Shown one piece after another: positions 1 to 8,422 of a stretch of DNA of 32,000 bases. Origin of the DNA: an uncultured Alphaproteobacteria bacterium (GTDB lineage: Bacteria; Pseudomonadota; Alphaproteobacteria; Rhizobiales; Xanthobacteraceae); the NCBI GenBank assembly GCA_963753875.1, contig CAVWDY010000018.1, positions 495,057 to 527,056 on the forward strand, read 5' to 3'. The notes under the pieces are model-generated. The model was given only the letters and a program-made list of their open reading frames with translations, was not told the DNA's origin and made no database searches. Within the stretch, counting starts at the first letter, position 1; each line of letters opens with the position of its first letter. The position numbers and the translations under genes are program-made.

Positions 1-121
1 TCCCTGCACAGCGTCAGTAATGACAAAGGGATTCGGAATTGCCCTTAGGATGCGCGGCCCGCAAGCCGTGGCATTCAGATTGATCACGGTACTCGCATCG
101 ATTACAACCGGCGCCGTGGGG

Positions 122-1321
122 TCAATCAGGCATGAAGGCCCCATCGGCTTCGCTCCCTTCTATTTCCAAGCCATCAAACATGCGCCGCAGCTCGACACGG
201 TCCAAATGGAGCATGCGGGAGAGTTGGCCCTCGCTGAGCATCCCGCGGCGCCAAGCTTCGCCGGCTAGGAGCCCGAGCCGGAGCGTCGTTGGCCTGTCTG
301 CATCCGCCTTATGGATGTCGGGGTTCGTGAGGTCTCCCAATACTTGACCAGCCTGTTGATCGCTAATGCCCCCGTTTGCTTGAAACCAATCCCAAGTGCC
401 GGATTTGGCCAGCTTAAGCTCCTCCAGTCGCCTGACGATCGCTTCACGTGAGACGCCAAAGAAGTGGGCGAGAACAATGACATGCCGACGAGTCAGTTTT
501 TCCGATCCGACGGTGATCTCCTTGCATTTTTGCATGACCGCGCGGGCTGGAGTCATAAATGCTCGGCCGAACGTGTTAGCGTAGCGCTCCTCACGGGAGT
601 TTTCAGTGACGCCTTCTTCCAGCACCTCCGGCTCCCGCCGAGTAGAAACCAGATGACCGAGCTCATGGGCTGCCGTTTGAGCGCGGCGATCGCGCGGATG
701 ATTCCCGTTGAGAAGGATGCAAGCGCCGAGAGCATCGTCGTATGCGAACACGCCGGAAATTCCGCCATCGATGCGACGAATATAGACGCGCACACCAAGT
801 TCGAGCTCCAGCAACGTTACAATGTCGGGGATCGGACTCAAGCCTAGGCCGAGCCGCTGGCGCAGTTCGAGGGCATCCTGTTCCGCCTGCGCCCTAACAT
901 CGCCGGAAAGAATTGGTCGCTCCGGCGGATAATTTCGCAGCGGTTGAACGCCAAGAAGCTGTTCCAGCTCCGCCTCTGCTCGGGCCAAGTCCTCTAACTG
1001 CTTCACAGCAAGCTCGACCGCGTCATCCTCTTGTTGGAACAATTTGCGGAATTTGGGAGTGAAGTCCGCGCGGATCGCCTCCTGCCTCATCATCTCGTTA
1101 ATCGACATTCTGTAAAGATTCGCGAGCTTGCGCAGCTCGTCGATCCGCACACGCCGTTGCCCTAGTTCAATCGCTACTAAGGTGGTCCGCGACAGCCCAA
1201 CGGCTTCCGCTGCTTCCGCTTGCTTCAGCTTCACGCGGTCGCGCGCTTCGCGAAGGCGCTCGCCGACTTCCGTCGGCGGCATGGTATCAAGAAGACTGGT
1301 CATTGACGGCCCACTGAGCAA
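122..1321 (-). CDS. XRE-family HTH fused to ImmA/IrrE (COG2856, M78-like) zinc metallopeptidase, 399 aa
   Basis: N-terminal HTH 'LKQAEAAEAVGLSRTTLVAIELGQRRV'. Central HEXXH motif 'AAHELGHLV'. Overlaps the upstream gene's stop (1287-1289). Alternative in-frame starts at 1303 and 1282. Confidence 0.85.
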   Translation of the reverse strand: MLSGPSMTSLLDTMPPTEVGERLREARDRVKLKQAEAAEAVGLSRTTLVAIELGQRRVRIDELRKLANLYRMSINEMMRQEAIRADFTPKFRKLFQQEDDAVELAVKQLEDLARAEAELEQLLGVQPLRNYPPERPILSGDVRAQAEQDALELRQRLGLGLSPIPDIVTLLELELGVRVYIRRIDGGISGVFAYDDALGACILLNGNHPRDRRAQTAAHELGHLVSTRREPEVLEEGVTENSREERYANTFGRAFMTPARAVMQKCKEITVGSEKLTRRHVIVLAHFFGVSREAIVRRLEELKLAKSGTWDWFQANGGISDQQAGQVLGDLTNPDIHKADADRPTTLRLGLLAGEAWRRGMLSEGQLSRMLHLDRVELRRMFDGLEIEGSEADGAFMPD

Positions 1322-2675
1322 CGAATGACTGCGGTCCCAGAGAACTCATATACGTCTTCCATTCTTTTTGGTGTTGGGAGAGCAGTCGGTCCAGCTTTGG
1401 CCAGATAACGGCTTCCGATTCACCGAGCGCGCGCGCCAGCTGAAAGGCCGCAAGATTGAGTGGCCGTTCCGCCGCGCGTGAATGCTTTAAATACGCGAGG
1501 TGATCGAGATGCAACGTGCCTGCGATTGCATATTGCTTCTGCGCGCGTGTCGTTTTGTTGAAACCTTCAGCGACTCCTGCATCGAAGGTTGGCGCAGAGA
1601 GATTTTCCCACACATAAGTATCTGCAGGTTCCGAGAGATCAGCCGCATGAACACTCAACCGTCGGAGCATGCAAGCAGCGCAAATGCCGCACTGGCGCCG
1701 GTGATTACCGACCGATACATGACGGTTATCCTGCCAGCATGATCTCGTGTTCGACCACTCAGTATCCTTGCCGTCGCTCAATGTCATGTATGCCTTGAGG
1801 GTTTCACCTTTGGTGAACCACAGGCGCGGGAACACGAAGGCGATGTCGGAGCCGAGAAGCATTTTGAAAAACACCGTCATGTGTTTCATGAATCGGGGAT
1901 GGTTACGATAATCCTCATACGCCTGACCGACCGGGACAAGCGTGGGACCGAGCGCGCCCTGTCCGCTCTCCGGTACGATGACCTTGTCCGCTTTGGCGAA
2001 ATACGCAGCCGATCCGCTCAGCACGGCAAATTTGAACCCGCGAGACCGGGCACTTGATTCGATAAAGCGGGATACACCGGGCTTCACTTGGTACGGCAAA
2101 GCCATGAAAGGCTGCGCTCGGCCTAACGAATCTTTCGGCTGGTCCTTCTTCTTCGATCCGAGGCGAACACGGATCAGCCGACCGCCATACTCCTCTGCCA
2201 TCAGCGCGCCGACTGCACGGGAGTCGAGTCCGTCACTGAACGGAATGACCGCCTCGGCTCCCGCATCCAGATGGAAAAGTTCCTGTGCTGGTTCAGCGGC
2301 AGGCTTCTTGCGCTTTATGAAGGTGATTTTCCACTTATCACCCGTCAGGAACTGCAGTGCTTCATGCAAGGCGTCAGACATGGCCTTCTGATTCCAGACG
2401 TCTAGATCATGCACCGGCAAGCGCAGTTCAAAAGCACGGCCCCATCCCAGGGCTGGGCGACGGTGGATGCGATCGCAGAATTCAACGGACGCCGCCAACA
2501 GCATCAGGTCGAATACAACCGGCTCCCATTTCGCGAAAAAATAGGTCGCAAGATCATGCGTCTTAAAGATGAGGTTGGTTTCGATCTCGCAAGAAACCCG
2601 ATTTGCACGAGCGCGTCCGCCGGCTTCGTGCACATCGACTTGGAGTTGGAGTCCGGGCAGTTCATCACCGTTCAT
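1287..2675 (-). CDS. QueC-like PP-loop ATPase (QatC/Cap9-like rather than housekeeping QueC), 462 aa
   Basis: Degenerate PP-loop 'PFSDGLDSRAV' (canonical SGGxDS). QueC-type C-terminal cysteine cluster 'TRSCWQ...RRQCGICAACMLRR'. About 140-aa N-terminal and about 100-aa C-terminal extensions. Start ATG overlaps the upstream stop (ATGA at 2672-2675). Confidence 0.8.
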   Translation of the reverse strand: MNGDELPGLQLQVDVHEAGGRARANRVSCEIETNLIFKTHDLATYFFAKWEPVVFDLMLLAASVEFCDRIHRRPALGWGRAFELRLPVHDLDVWNQKAMSDALHEALQFLTGDKWKITFIKRKKPAAEPAQELFHLDAGAEAVIPFSDGLDSRAVGALMAEEYGGRLIRVRLGSKKKDQPKDSLGRAQPFMALPYQVKPGVSRFIESSARSRGFKFAVLSGSAAYFAKADKVIVPESGQGALGPTLVPVGQAYEDYRNHPRFMKHMTVFFKMLLGSDIAFVFPRLWFTKGETLKAYMTLSDGKDTEWSNTRSCWQDNRHVSVGNHRRQCGICAACMLRRLSVHAADLSEPADTYVWENLSAPTFDAGVAEGFNKTTRAQKQYAIAGTLHLDHLAYLKHSRAAERPLNLAAFQLARALGESEAVIWPKLDRLLSQHQKEWKTYMSSLGPQSFVAQWAVNDQSS

Positions 2676-3250
2676 GGCAGCCTCACGCCGTCTTCAAGAC
2701 CTAGCTGCTTTGCGGATTGGGGTTGAGTGGCTGCGTCCAGACCCGACAAACGAAAAGCGAGACCCGCAATCGGAGCGCTCGCGACAGCGTCCTCCATCCG
2801 ATTTCTGACGCGGATCGTCATTGCTTCGGGGCTCTGCTTGCGCAGATAATGCTCTTCCACTTGCCGGCAGCCCCGCGCTGCGCGGTCGCGCAAGGCGTTT
2901 TCAACGCCGTCGCAAACCGCGTCGATACCAAGTCTTCCACTGTTAACGGATTGCATGACGTGATCGACGATCAGGCGCCGCATCGGATATCCGGCGGAAA
3001 GATCCCGCCGCGCTGCTTCCAGTTCGACTGACTTATCTTGTCCGAACATGTCAGTCTGTTGGGCGTCGCCCATGATCGCGCGGATGGCGCGAACGACTTC
3101 GTCGCAGCCTTCATCGCGCCACGTCTCTTCCAAGGCCGGGACCACACGTCCGGCCACTTCATGAGGCTCAAATGCAGCCTTGTGCGCCCACCCTGCAAAC
3201 TTTTTCCAGGCGCGCGTCATGTTCAAGCTCTTGTACGGACCATCACTCAT
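2672..3250 (-). CDS. Hypothetical protein (192 aa from ATG 3250; the ORF track begins at TTG 3268), first gene of the QueC-like operon
   Basis: Open frame with GGAG 7 nt upstream of ATG at 3250. Stop overlaps the next gene's start. No motif I recognise. Confidence 0.6.
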   Translation of the reverse strand: MSDGPYKSLNMTRAWKKFAGWAHKAAFEPHEVAGRVVPALEETWRDEGCDEVVRAIRAIMGDAQQTDMFGQDKSVELEAARRDLSAGYPMRRLIVDHVMQSVNSGRLGIDAVCDGVENALRDRAARGCRQVEEHYLRKQSPEAMTIRVRNRMEDAVASAPIAGLAFRLSGLDAATQPQSAKQLGLEDGVRLP

Positions 3251-3270
3251 GGCGACTCTCCATGTCAAAA

Positions 3271-3298
3271 ATTATCATGAAAATTCTGACAATGTCAA
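3271..3298 (-). promoter_or_regulatory. Candidate sigma70-type promoter for the minus-strand QueC-like operon
   Basis: Read on the minus strand: TTGACA (3298-3293), 16-nt spacer, GATAAT (3276-3271). This sits about 20 nt upstream of ATG 3250 with GGAG in between. Confidence 0.4.
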
Positions 3299-3337
3299 GA
3301 AGATAGAGCGGAAGCTGAGGTCCTCGGAAAAGGCAGG

Positions 3338-3366
3338 TTGACAACACTCTATCGAAGTTAGATTAT
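3338..3366 (+). promoter_or_regulatory. Candidate sigma70-type promoter for the Xre-RES operon
   Basis: TTGACA at 3338-3343, 17-nt spacer, GATTAT at 3361-3366, about 60 nt upstream of ATG 3426. Confidence 0.4.
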
Positions 3367-3385
3367 CAACCCTGACTATCAACCC
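3364..3385 (+). repeat. Tandem direct repeat TATCAACCC x2 (13-bp register) overlapping the -10 region; candidate operator
   Basis: TATCAACCC at 3364-3372 and 3377-3385, read directly from the sequence. Confidence 0.5.
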
Positions 3386-3425
3386 GTCCTGAAGTCAAAG
3401 GCGAACCAGGGTCGGAGAGGAGGCT

Positions 3426-4517
3426 ATGGTGACCAATCCATCATTAGTGGGCCTGCTGACGGCGGCGGGCGCTGCCGGGCTTGGCGGTCGGTCAATCCTG
3501 GACCAGCCACTGCGGGAGGTCCTGCTGCGTGCTGCAACGTTAAATCCGGAGTTGCACCGGAAGTGGGCAAGTCACTATGCAGTATATCCGACGCAGGAAG
3601 AGGTGATTGCTTCGCTACTAGAGCCGGGTCAGACGGAATCCTATGACGTAGACTTGCTGTCCTCGCTTGAGCGCGAACGAAGCGACGTCGCTTCCGTGGC
3701 GCGGTTTGGACATCGGGTCGAGTATGCCTCGTTTCACCTCTACGTCGCGTTCCGAAAAGCGCTGGTTGACGACTTCGAGCTGTCTCCATCACGCAATGTG
3801 GTGAAGCCGACGCATGGCATCAGCGTCTGGTACTGCAGCCTGGTGAATGCAACGTTCAATCGCTATCGTGATTTGAGGCGTGCACTGCTGCACAAATGGA
3901 CCCCGCCGGCCGAGGTGGAGCCGCTGACCTTGAGTGCCTTCCGGATCCTCAGCGAGATCACGCCGGCGGAGACGCAGCTGCGCAATCTATTCGTTCATGA
4001 TCGGCCCCGCGCGTTCCACGAGCTCGCGCGTCATCTCGACATCGTCGCAGAACAGCTAAAGGCAGCGATCGAGTTGGCTACCGATCTTGAGGCTATCAAA
4101 CCAGACGACATCCCGAGTCCGGAGCAGGCGCAGGTCAAGGCCGTGCAGCTGGAGATTTTGGGCAAGGCTGGCAAACCACTGTCGCTGACTGCGGCTGCCA
4201 AGGAGCTTGGCGTGTCGCGACAGGCCTTGCATAAGCGGATCGGGCTCGGGAGTGCCCTTGGATTGATGCACGGTTCGGAGCTCGTGGTGCCCGACGCGCA
4301 ATTCGTCAGCAAGGACGGCAAGCTTGGAATCGTCGATGGTTTGAACGCGATCGTGAGCTTGTTCGACACATCGGGGGCTGGACGCTGGTCCGCGTTGCAA
4401 TTTCTGACCGAGGTTGATCCCCTGTTGCAACGCGTGCCGCTTGACGTGCTGAAAGAAGGCGATCGGGACGCCGTCGTTAGAGCTACGCGGGCCTATCTCA
4501 GCCTAGACGAGGCGTGA
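3426..4517 (+). CDS. Extended Xre/DUF2384-type antitoxin (MbcA/ParS-like C-terminus) with an internal HTH, 363 aa
   Basis: HTH 'LSLTAAAKELGVSRQALHKRIG'. The C-terminal 'WSALQFLTEVDPLLQRVPLDVLKEGDRDAVVRATRAYL' resembles the RES-antitoxin domain. GGAGAGGAGG lies upstream of the ATG. It sits immediately upstream of the RES gene. Confidence 0.7.
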   Translation: MVTNPSLVGLLTAAGAAGLGGRSILDQPLREVLLRAATLNPELHRKWASHYAVYPTQEEVIASLLEPGQTESYDVDLLSSLERERSDVASVARFGHRVEYASFHLYVAFRKALVDDFELSPSRNVVKPTHGISVWYCSLVNATFNRYRDLRRALLHKWTPPAEVEPLTLSAFRILSEITPAETQLRNLFVHDRPRAFHELARHLDIVAEQLKAAIELATDLEAIKPDDIPSPEQAQVKAVQLEILGKAGKPLSLTAAAKELGVSRQALHKRIGLGSALGLMHGSELVVPDAQFVSKDGKLGIVDGLNAIVSLFDTSGAGRWSALQFLTEVDPLLQRVPLDVLKEGDRDAVVRATRAYLSLDEA

Positions 4518-4526
4518 GGTTCGCCC

Positions 4527-5132
4527 GTGCCGCGCCACGCCTTCCCGTCCGGAGTATTGGAAACTGCGGTCCCTGCCGGACAAGAGCTCGTGCGGGTACA
4601 CCGTTTGTCGAACGGTGCAATTTGGTATGGGCCCGGCCCCGGCAATCCACCGGCGTATCGCTTCGACGCTCCGGCGGGCGAATACCAGACCATCTACTGC
4701 GCCGAGCAATTAACGGGCGCATTCGTTGAGACGGTGCTGCGCCGTGCGCAGCGGATCGTCGGGCGCCCTTTCGTTGAGCAAAGGGGCTGGACGGTGCTCA
4801 CCTGCCGGCGCGAGCTGCGGCTGGCAAAGGTCTTCGACGAGGGCCTGATCCATCATGGGGTGACGGCCGACATCTGCGCTGGCGACGATTATTCAGCGTC
4901 GCAGCGCTTTGCCGGCGATATCTTTGCCGGTTTTCCAGATGTCGATGGTATCGCTTATCGGGCACGACACAATAACGGCCAGATCTGCTACGCGGTATTC
5001 GATCGCGTCGCTGCAACCGAGTTTGTGGAGAAGGAGCGCCGGGCTTTCAAGGATGAGAATGCCATCGTCGAAGCGGTTATGAAACGCCATGGTGCCGTTT
5101 GGGATCCGATGACGCCGCTGCCACCAGCATAG
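4527..5132 (+). CDS. RES-domain toxin (MbcT/ParT-like NAD+-utilising family), 201 aa, GTG start
   Basis: 'YRFDAPAGEYQTIYCAEQLTGAFVETVLRR' gives the Arg and Glu blocks. 'DGIAYRARHNNGQICYAVFDR' is the C-terminal block. GAGG lies 7 nt upstream of the GTG, 9 nt after the antitoxin stop. Confidence 0.8.
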   Translation: MPRHAFPSGVLETAVPAGQELVRVHRLSNGAIWYGPGPGNPPAYRFDAPAGEYQTIYCAEQLTGAFVETVLRRAQRIVGRPFVEQRGWTVLTCRRELRLAKVFDEGLIHHGVTADICAGDDYSASQRFAGDIFAGFPDVDGIAYRARHNNGQICYAVFDRVAATEFVEKERRAFKDENAIVEAVMKRHGAVWDPMTPLPPA

Positions 5133-5296
5133 AGCGAAGGCCCCCGCCGGGCGCCAGTGCAGTCACCGTCCTCTTCCGGCGGTTCGCCGGATGGACGAGA
5201 TTCTGAAAAGTTCGATGCACAGGGAAGGCGTACCGACCAACTTATTGAGGGTAACCACAATAAGTCAACGATGAAGGCCGATCCTAGGAGGGCTCT

Positions 5297-5647
5297 ATGA
5301 TTCTACCCAAATACAAAGCAACTGGGCAACGCGGGCAATGGTCCGCTCGGGTGGAGGGCGTGATGTACCCCTGTGTCCATGACTTTTGGGTCAAGTATCC
5401 CGTCAATAGGCACGAACCGATGATGTACGACGACCCGGGATGCGACCCGGATCGCCCCAAGTGGTGTAAGTTCATCGCTATGCTACAAACCACCAAACGT
5501 GCGGTTCTCAGCCAAGACAAAGTAACGGGGAAAGGTGCTGCTTTCCAGCGCACAGGCTATCTCGCCTTGTATGAGATTGAAAATCTCGAGTTCGGTCCCG
5601 GCTTTTTGCGGTTTCGGTTCAGCAGCACGGTAGCGGAACTGCTTTGA
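5297..5647 (+). CDS. Hypothetical protein, 116 aa
   Basis: AGGAGG (5286-5291) lies 5 nt upstream of the ATG. Non-repetitive, protein-like composition. No recognisable motif. Confidence 0.5.
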   Translation: MILPKYKATGQRGQWSARVEGVMYPCVHDFWVKYPVNRHEPMMYDDPGCDPDRPKWCKFIAMLQTTKRAVLSQDKVTGKGAAFQRTGYLALYEIENLEFGPGFLRFRFSSTVAELL

Positions 5648-6101
5648 GCGAACATTCCAAGTTTGCTTGGAAAGCGTCCTTTCAAACTGGACCGCTACCC
5701 ATCTGTGCTTCCACTTCCCGTGTTGGCACTTAGCCGACATCACCGGCTTATCCAATGTCCGCTTCGCGCCAGAACGGGTTGTCCGCGTGCCAGGGCGGCT
5801 GACGCGGCTAAGGCGCATCTCATGGACTCGCTTGGGCGAGTCCATGCTTATCTGGCCTTTCTCTGCGTCCAGTCCGACCTTAGTTGGCACGTAGTCCGAA
5901 ATTATTATTCGCGGCGAGGGAAAAATCCCTGCAATTGCAATTGCGTGAGTCCGAGCTATTCTGTCGCCCTAGAATAAAATCAGGCATATCTCGAATTTCG
6001 GCAAAAGCCGGTTTTAGCTCGGGTAAGCACCGGTTAAGCAGCCGTAGCGGTTTCAGCGCTCGCGGCCGGCAAGCCGCGACTCCTAGCATGGAAGAAGCTC
6101 A

Positions 6102-7020
6102 ATGACAGTCCAAGGATACGATCTCGTCGGCGACATTCATGGTCACGCTGACGCTCTGCATCGCCTTTTACGCGCGCTCGACTATGCCGAAATCGAAGGT
6201 GTTTTCCGGCATCCGGAAAGGCAGATGATCTTCGTCGGTGATTTCATAGATCGCGGCCCACAACAGCGGGAGGTTCTGAAGATTGCGCGCTCGATGTGTG
6301 AAACCGGCGCAGCAAAGGCCGTGATTGGAAATCACGAATTCAACGCGATCGGATGGGCGACCCAGGATAAGGACGGCATATCTGAGGAGTCATTCGGCGA
6401 AGAATGCGAATCAGCACAGCAAATTCCTTCGCCAGACTGGTGAGAACTCTGCGGGCCATAAGGATGCCATCGACTGGTTCAGGACCCTTCCCGTCTGGCT
6501 CGATCTACCCGGCTTTCGCGTTGTCCACGCTTGCTGGCACGATGCCTCCTGTGAGGCGCTGAAGCCCTTCCTGGACGAAGCCGGGCGCTTCACCGACGAG
6601 GGAGTATTCGAGAGTTATCGGCACGGAACGGCCGCCCATGCCGCTGTCGAAATACTACTCAAGGGCCCAGAAGAGCGTTTGCCGGCGGGGATCTATTTTA
6701 TCGACAAGGACGGGGAAAAACGGGAAGAAGTTCGATTGCGTTGGTGGGATCATAACGCAACGACCTTCCGAAAGGCCGCCCTCGGGATGGACGGGCGCGA
6801 GAATGAAATACCGGACACCGAGCTTCCGACCGACTATCGATATCACGAACGTAAGCCAGTATTCTTTGGCCATTATTGGCTGAAGGATCGACCGGAAATT
6901 ACTGCGCCGAACGCGGCGTGCCTCGATTTCAGTGTGGCCAAAGAAGGGTATCTAACGGCCTACCGATGGTCGGGCGAAAGTGAATTGGCCGAAAGATCTC
7001 TGGTTTCTGTCCCAGCCTGA
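6102..7020 (+). pseudogene. Calcineurin-like metallophosphoesterase (ApaH/PrpE-like Ser/Thr phosphatase family) disrupted by a frameshift near 6372-6380
   Basis: 'GDIHGH', 'GDFIDRGP' and 'GNHE' motifs are in frame 6102-6443. The homologous continuation 'YLRSHSAKNANQHSKFL...VVHACWHD' is in the +1 frame ORF 6325-7020. Confidence 0.75.
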
Positions 7021-7127
7021 CGGTTCAAATCAAATGGCGGCAACGAATGTCGAAGATGTATCGTTTGCTTGGCGCGGACCGGCAGATTTACCTAAGCCTT
7101 ACTCCAGGCTCCCTTGGGGGAAATCAG

Positions 7128-7517
7128 TCAGTCATCCATCGGAGACTTTCGATTAAAGTGTGGTTTCATCAACTGCCGACGTTCCCTAAATCGTCCAGCA
7201 ATTAGCTTCATCACCTTTTGCTTGGGAGTTTTTGAGGTCACATTGAGATTGTTGGCATCAGCAAATCGGCGCAACTCTTCGATCGGCATTTGATCCAGCG
7301 CATTCTCGACTTCAAGCTCCTCGCCGGTATCCCAACTTTGATAGAACATTTCAAATTTGCTTTTGTGAACGGCAATTTCTTCCTCGCTTAATGGAAGCAG
7401 TTTCGATTTGGCAGAGGAGCCTCCCCGCGTCTGGGCCTTCCGCGCCTCCAGCAATGAAAGAATTCGATCTACTTTTTCCGCAAGTTGGCGGAGCTGTTCT
7501 TCCACTGACTGTGACAT
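7128..7517 (-). CDS. Small protein, 129 aa: N-terminal coiled-coil plus C-terminal SAP/HeH-like putative DNA-binding motif
   Basis: 'EEQLRQLAEKVDRILSLLEARK' is heptad-like. 'IEELRRFADANNLNVTSKTPKQKVMKLIAGRF' resembles a SAP/HeH helix-extended-helix. It starts 9 nt after the ParA-like stop. Confidence 0.6.
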   Translation of the reverse strand: MSQSVEEQLRQLAEKVDRILSLLEARKAQTRGGSSAKSKLLPLSEEEIAVHKSKFEMFYQSWDTGEELEVENALDQMPIEELRRFADANNLNVTSKTPKQKVMKLIAGRFRERRQLMKPHFNRKSPMDD

Positions 7518-7526
7518 TCACTTCTC

Positions 7527-8399
7527 CTAGAGGTAGTTCTGGACTTCTTGCCACAATGCCGAAAATTGCCGATTGAACTGGACAGGCATGCCTTCTTGAA
7601 TCGCCCTTTTTACCCCTACCCTGTCGAAAATGGCAGTGTCGAATACTTTGGCATCGAGTCCGTTCGCAATGCCAACATTTTTGACTACGAGTCTTGCATC
7701 ATCCAGGTAGCGCTGAGTTTCATTACTAAATCGCTTGGTGCTGCTGCCGCCAGGTGGTTTTGCCCTATTCATGAACACGCCAATTTTTGGAACGGGAAAG
7801 GGTTCGATTCGCGCGCGTAGAGTGCTGAGAAGAAGATTGAGGCCCTTGGCTGCGAAGAAGTCTGGATTAATCGGGATCAGTATCAAATTGCAGCAAGAAA
7901 GAACCGAATAACTCAAGAGGCTGAAGGATGGCGGGCAGTCAAAAAGAACGAAATCGTAGTCCGGAACGTTGTTCGAGTTGCGTATCTTTTCTAATAGCCG
8001 GTGAATGAAGAATTTTACTTTTTCACGATCCCACAATTCGAGTTCGGTCCAATACAGATCCTCTACGGAGGGAATGAAATGATAGCGCGTGTTGATCCGA
8101 TAAATGAAGTCGTGATTGATCCCAAAATTGAAATTGCTGTTTGTTTTGGTAAACTCATCTAGGGCATCAAAGATGGTTTTTTTCTTGGCGACTGCCCGTT
8201 CGTACCAGTCAGTAAAATTCTTGAATGGGTTGCCGTCCTCGTTCAGGGCAATAGACTGAGTTAGAGACATCTGCGCATCAAGATCGAACACAAGCGATGA
8301 ATGCTGAGGTGACTCAGCGGCGACGTGGCCCAATGCCCAAGTACTTGTTGTCTTCCCGACACCGCCCTTAAAATTGATGGTTGCAATCGTTTTCATCAT
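7527..8399 (-). CDS. ParA/Soj/MinD-family ATPase, 290 aa
   Basis: Deviant Walker A 'NFKGGVGKTTSTWALG' at the N-terminus. 'VLFDCPPS' is Walker B-like. It starts 23 nt after the HNH gene stop. Confidence 0.85.
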   Translation of the reverse strand: MMKTIATINFKGGVGKTTSTWALGHVAAESPQHSSLVFDLDAQMSLTQSIALNEDGNPFKNFTDWYERAVAKKKTIFDALDEFTKTNSNFNFGINHDFIYRINTRYHFIPSVEDLYWTELELWDREKVKFFIHRLLEKIRNSNNVPDYDFVLFDCPPSFSLLSYSVLSCCNLILIPINPDFFAAKGLNLLLSTLRARIEPFPVPKIGVFMNRAKPPGGSSTKRFSNETQRYLDDARLVVKNVGIANGLDAKVFDTAIFDRVGVKRAIQEGMPVQFNRQFSALWQEVQNYL

Positions 8400-8422
8400 A
8401 GTGCAGCTCCGATTTTTGATCG

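Noticed and set aside
1287-2675. Housekeeping queC (7-cyano-7-deazaguanine synthase)
   Set aside because: At 462 aa the protein is about twice the size of QueC and has long N- and C-terminal extensions. The PP-loop is degenerate (SDGLDS). No queD, queE, queF or tgt gene is nearby. The gene is operonic with an ImmA-HTH regulator inside a defence island.
5821-5846. Perfect 10-bp-stem hairpin CATGGACTCG-cttggg-CGAGTCCATG as the terminator of the 116-aa gene
   Set aside because: It has no U-tract immediately after the stem and lies about 170 nt beyond the stop codon. I kept it only as a note.
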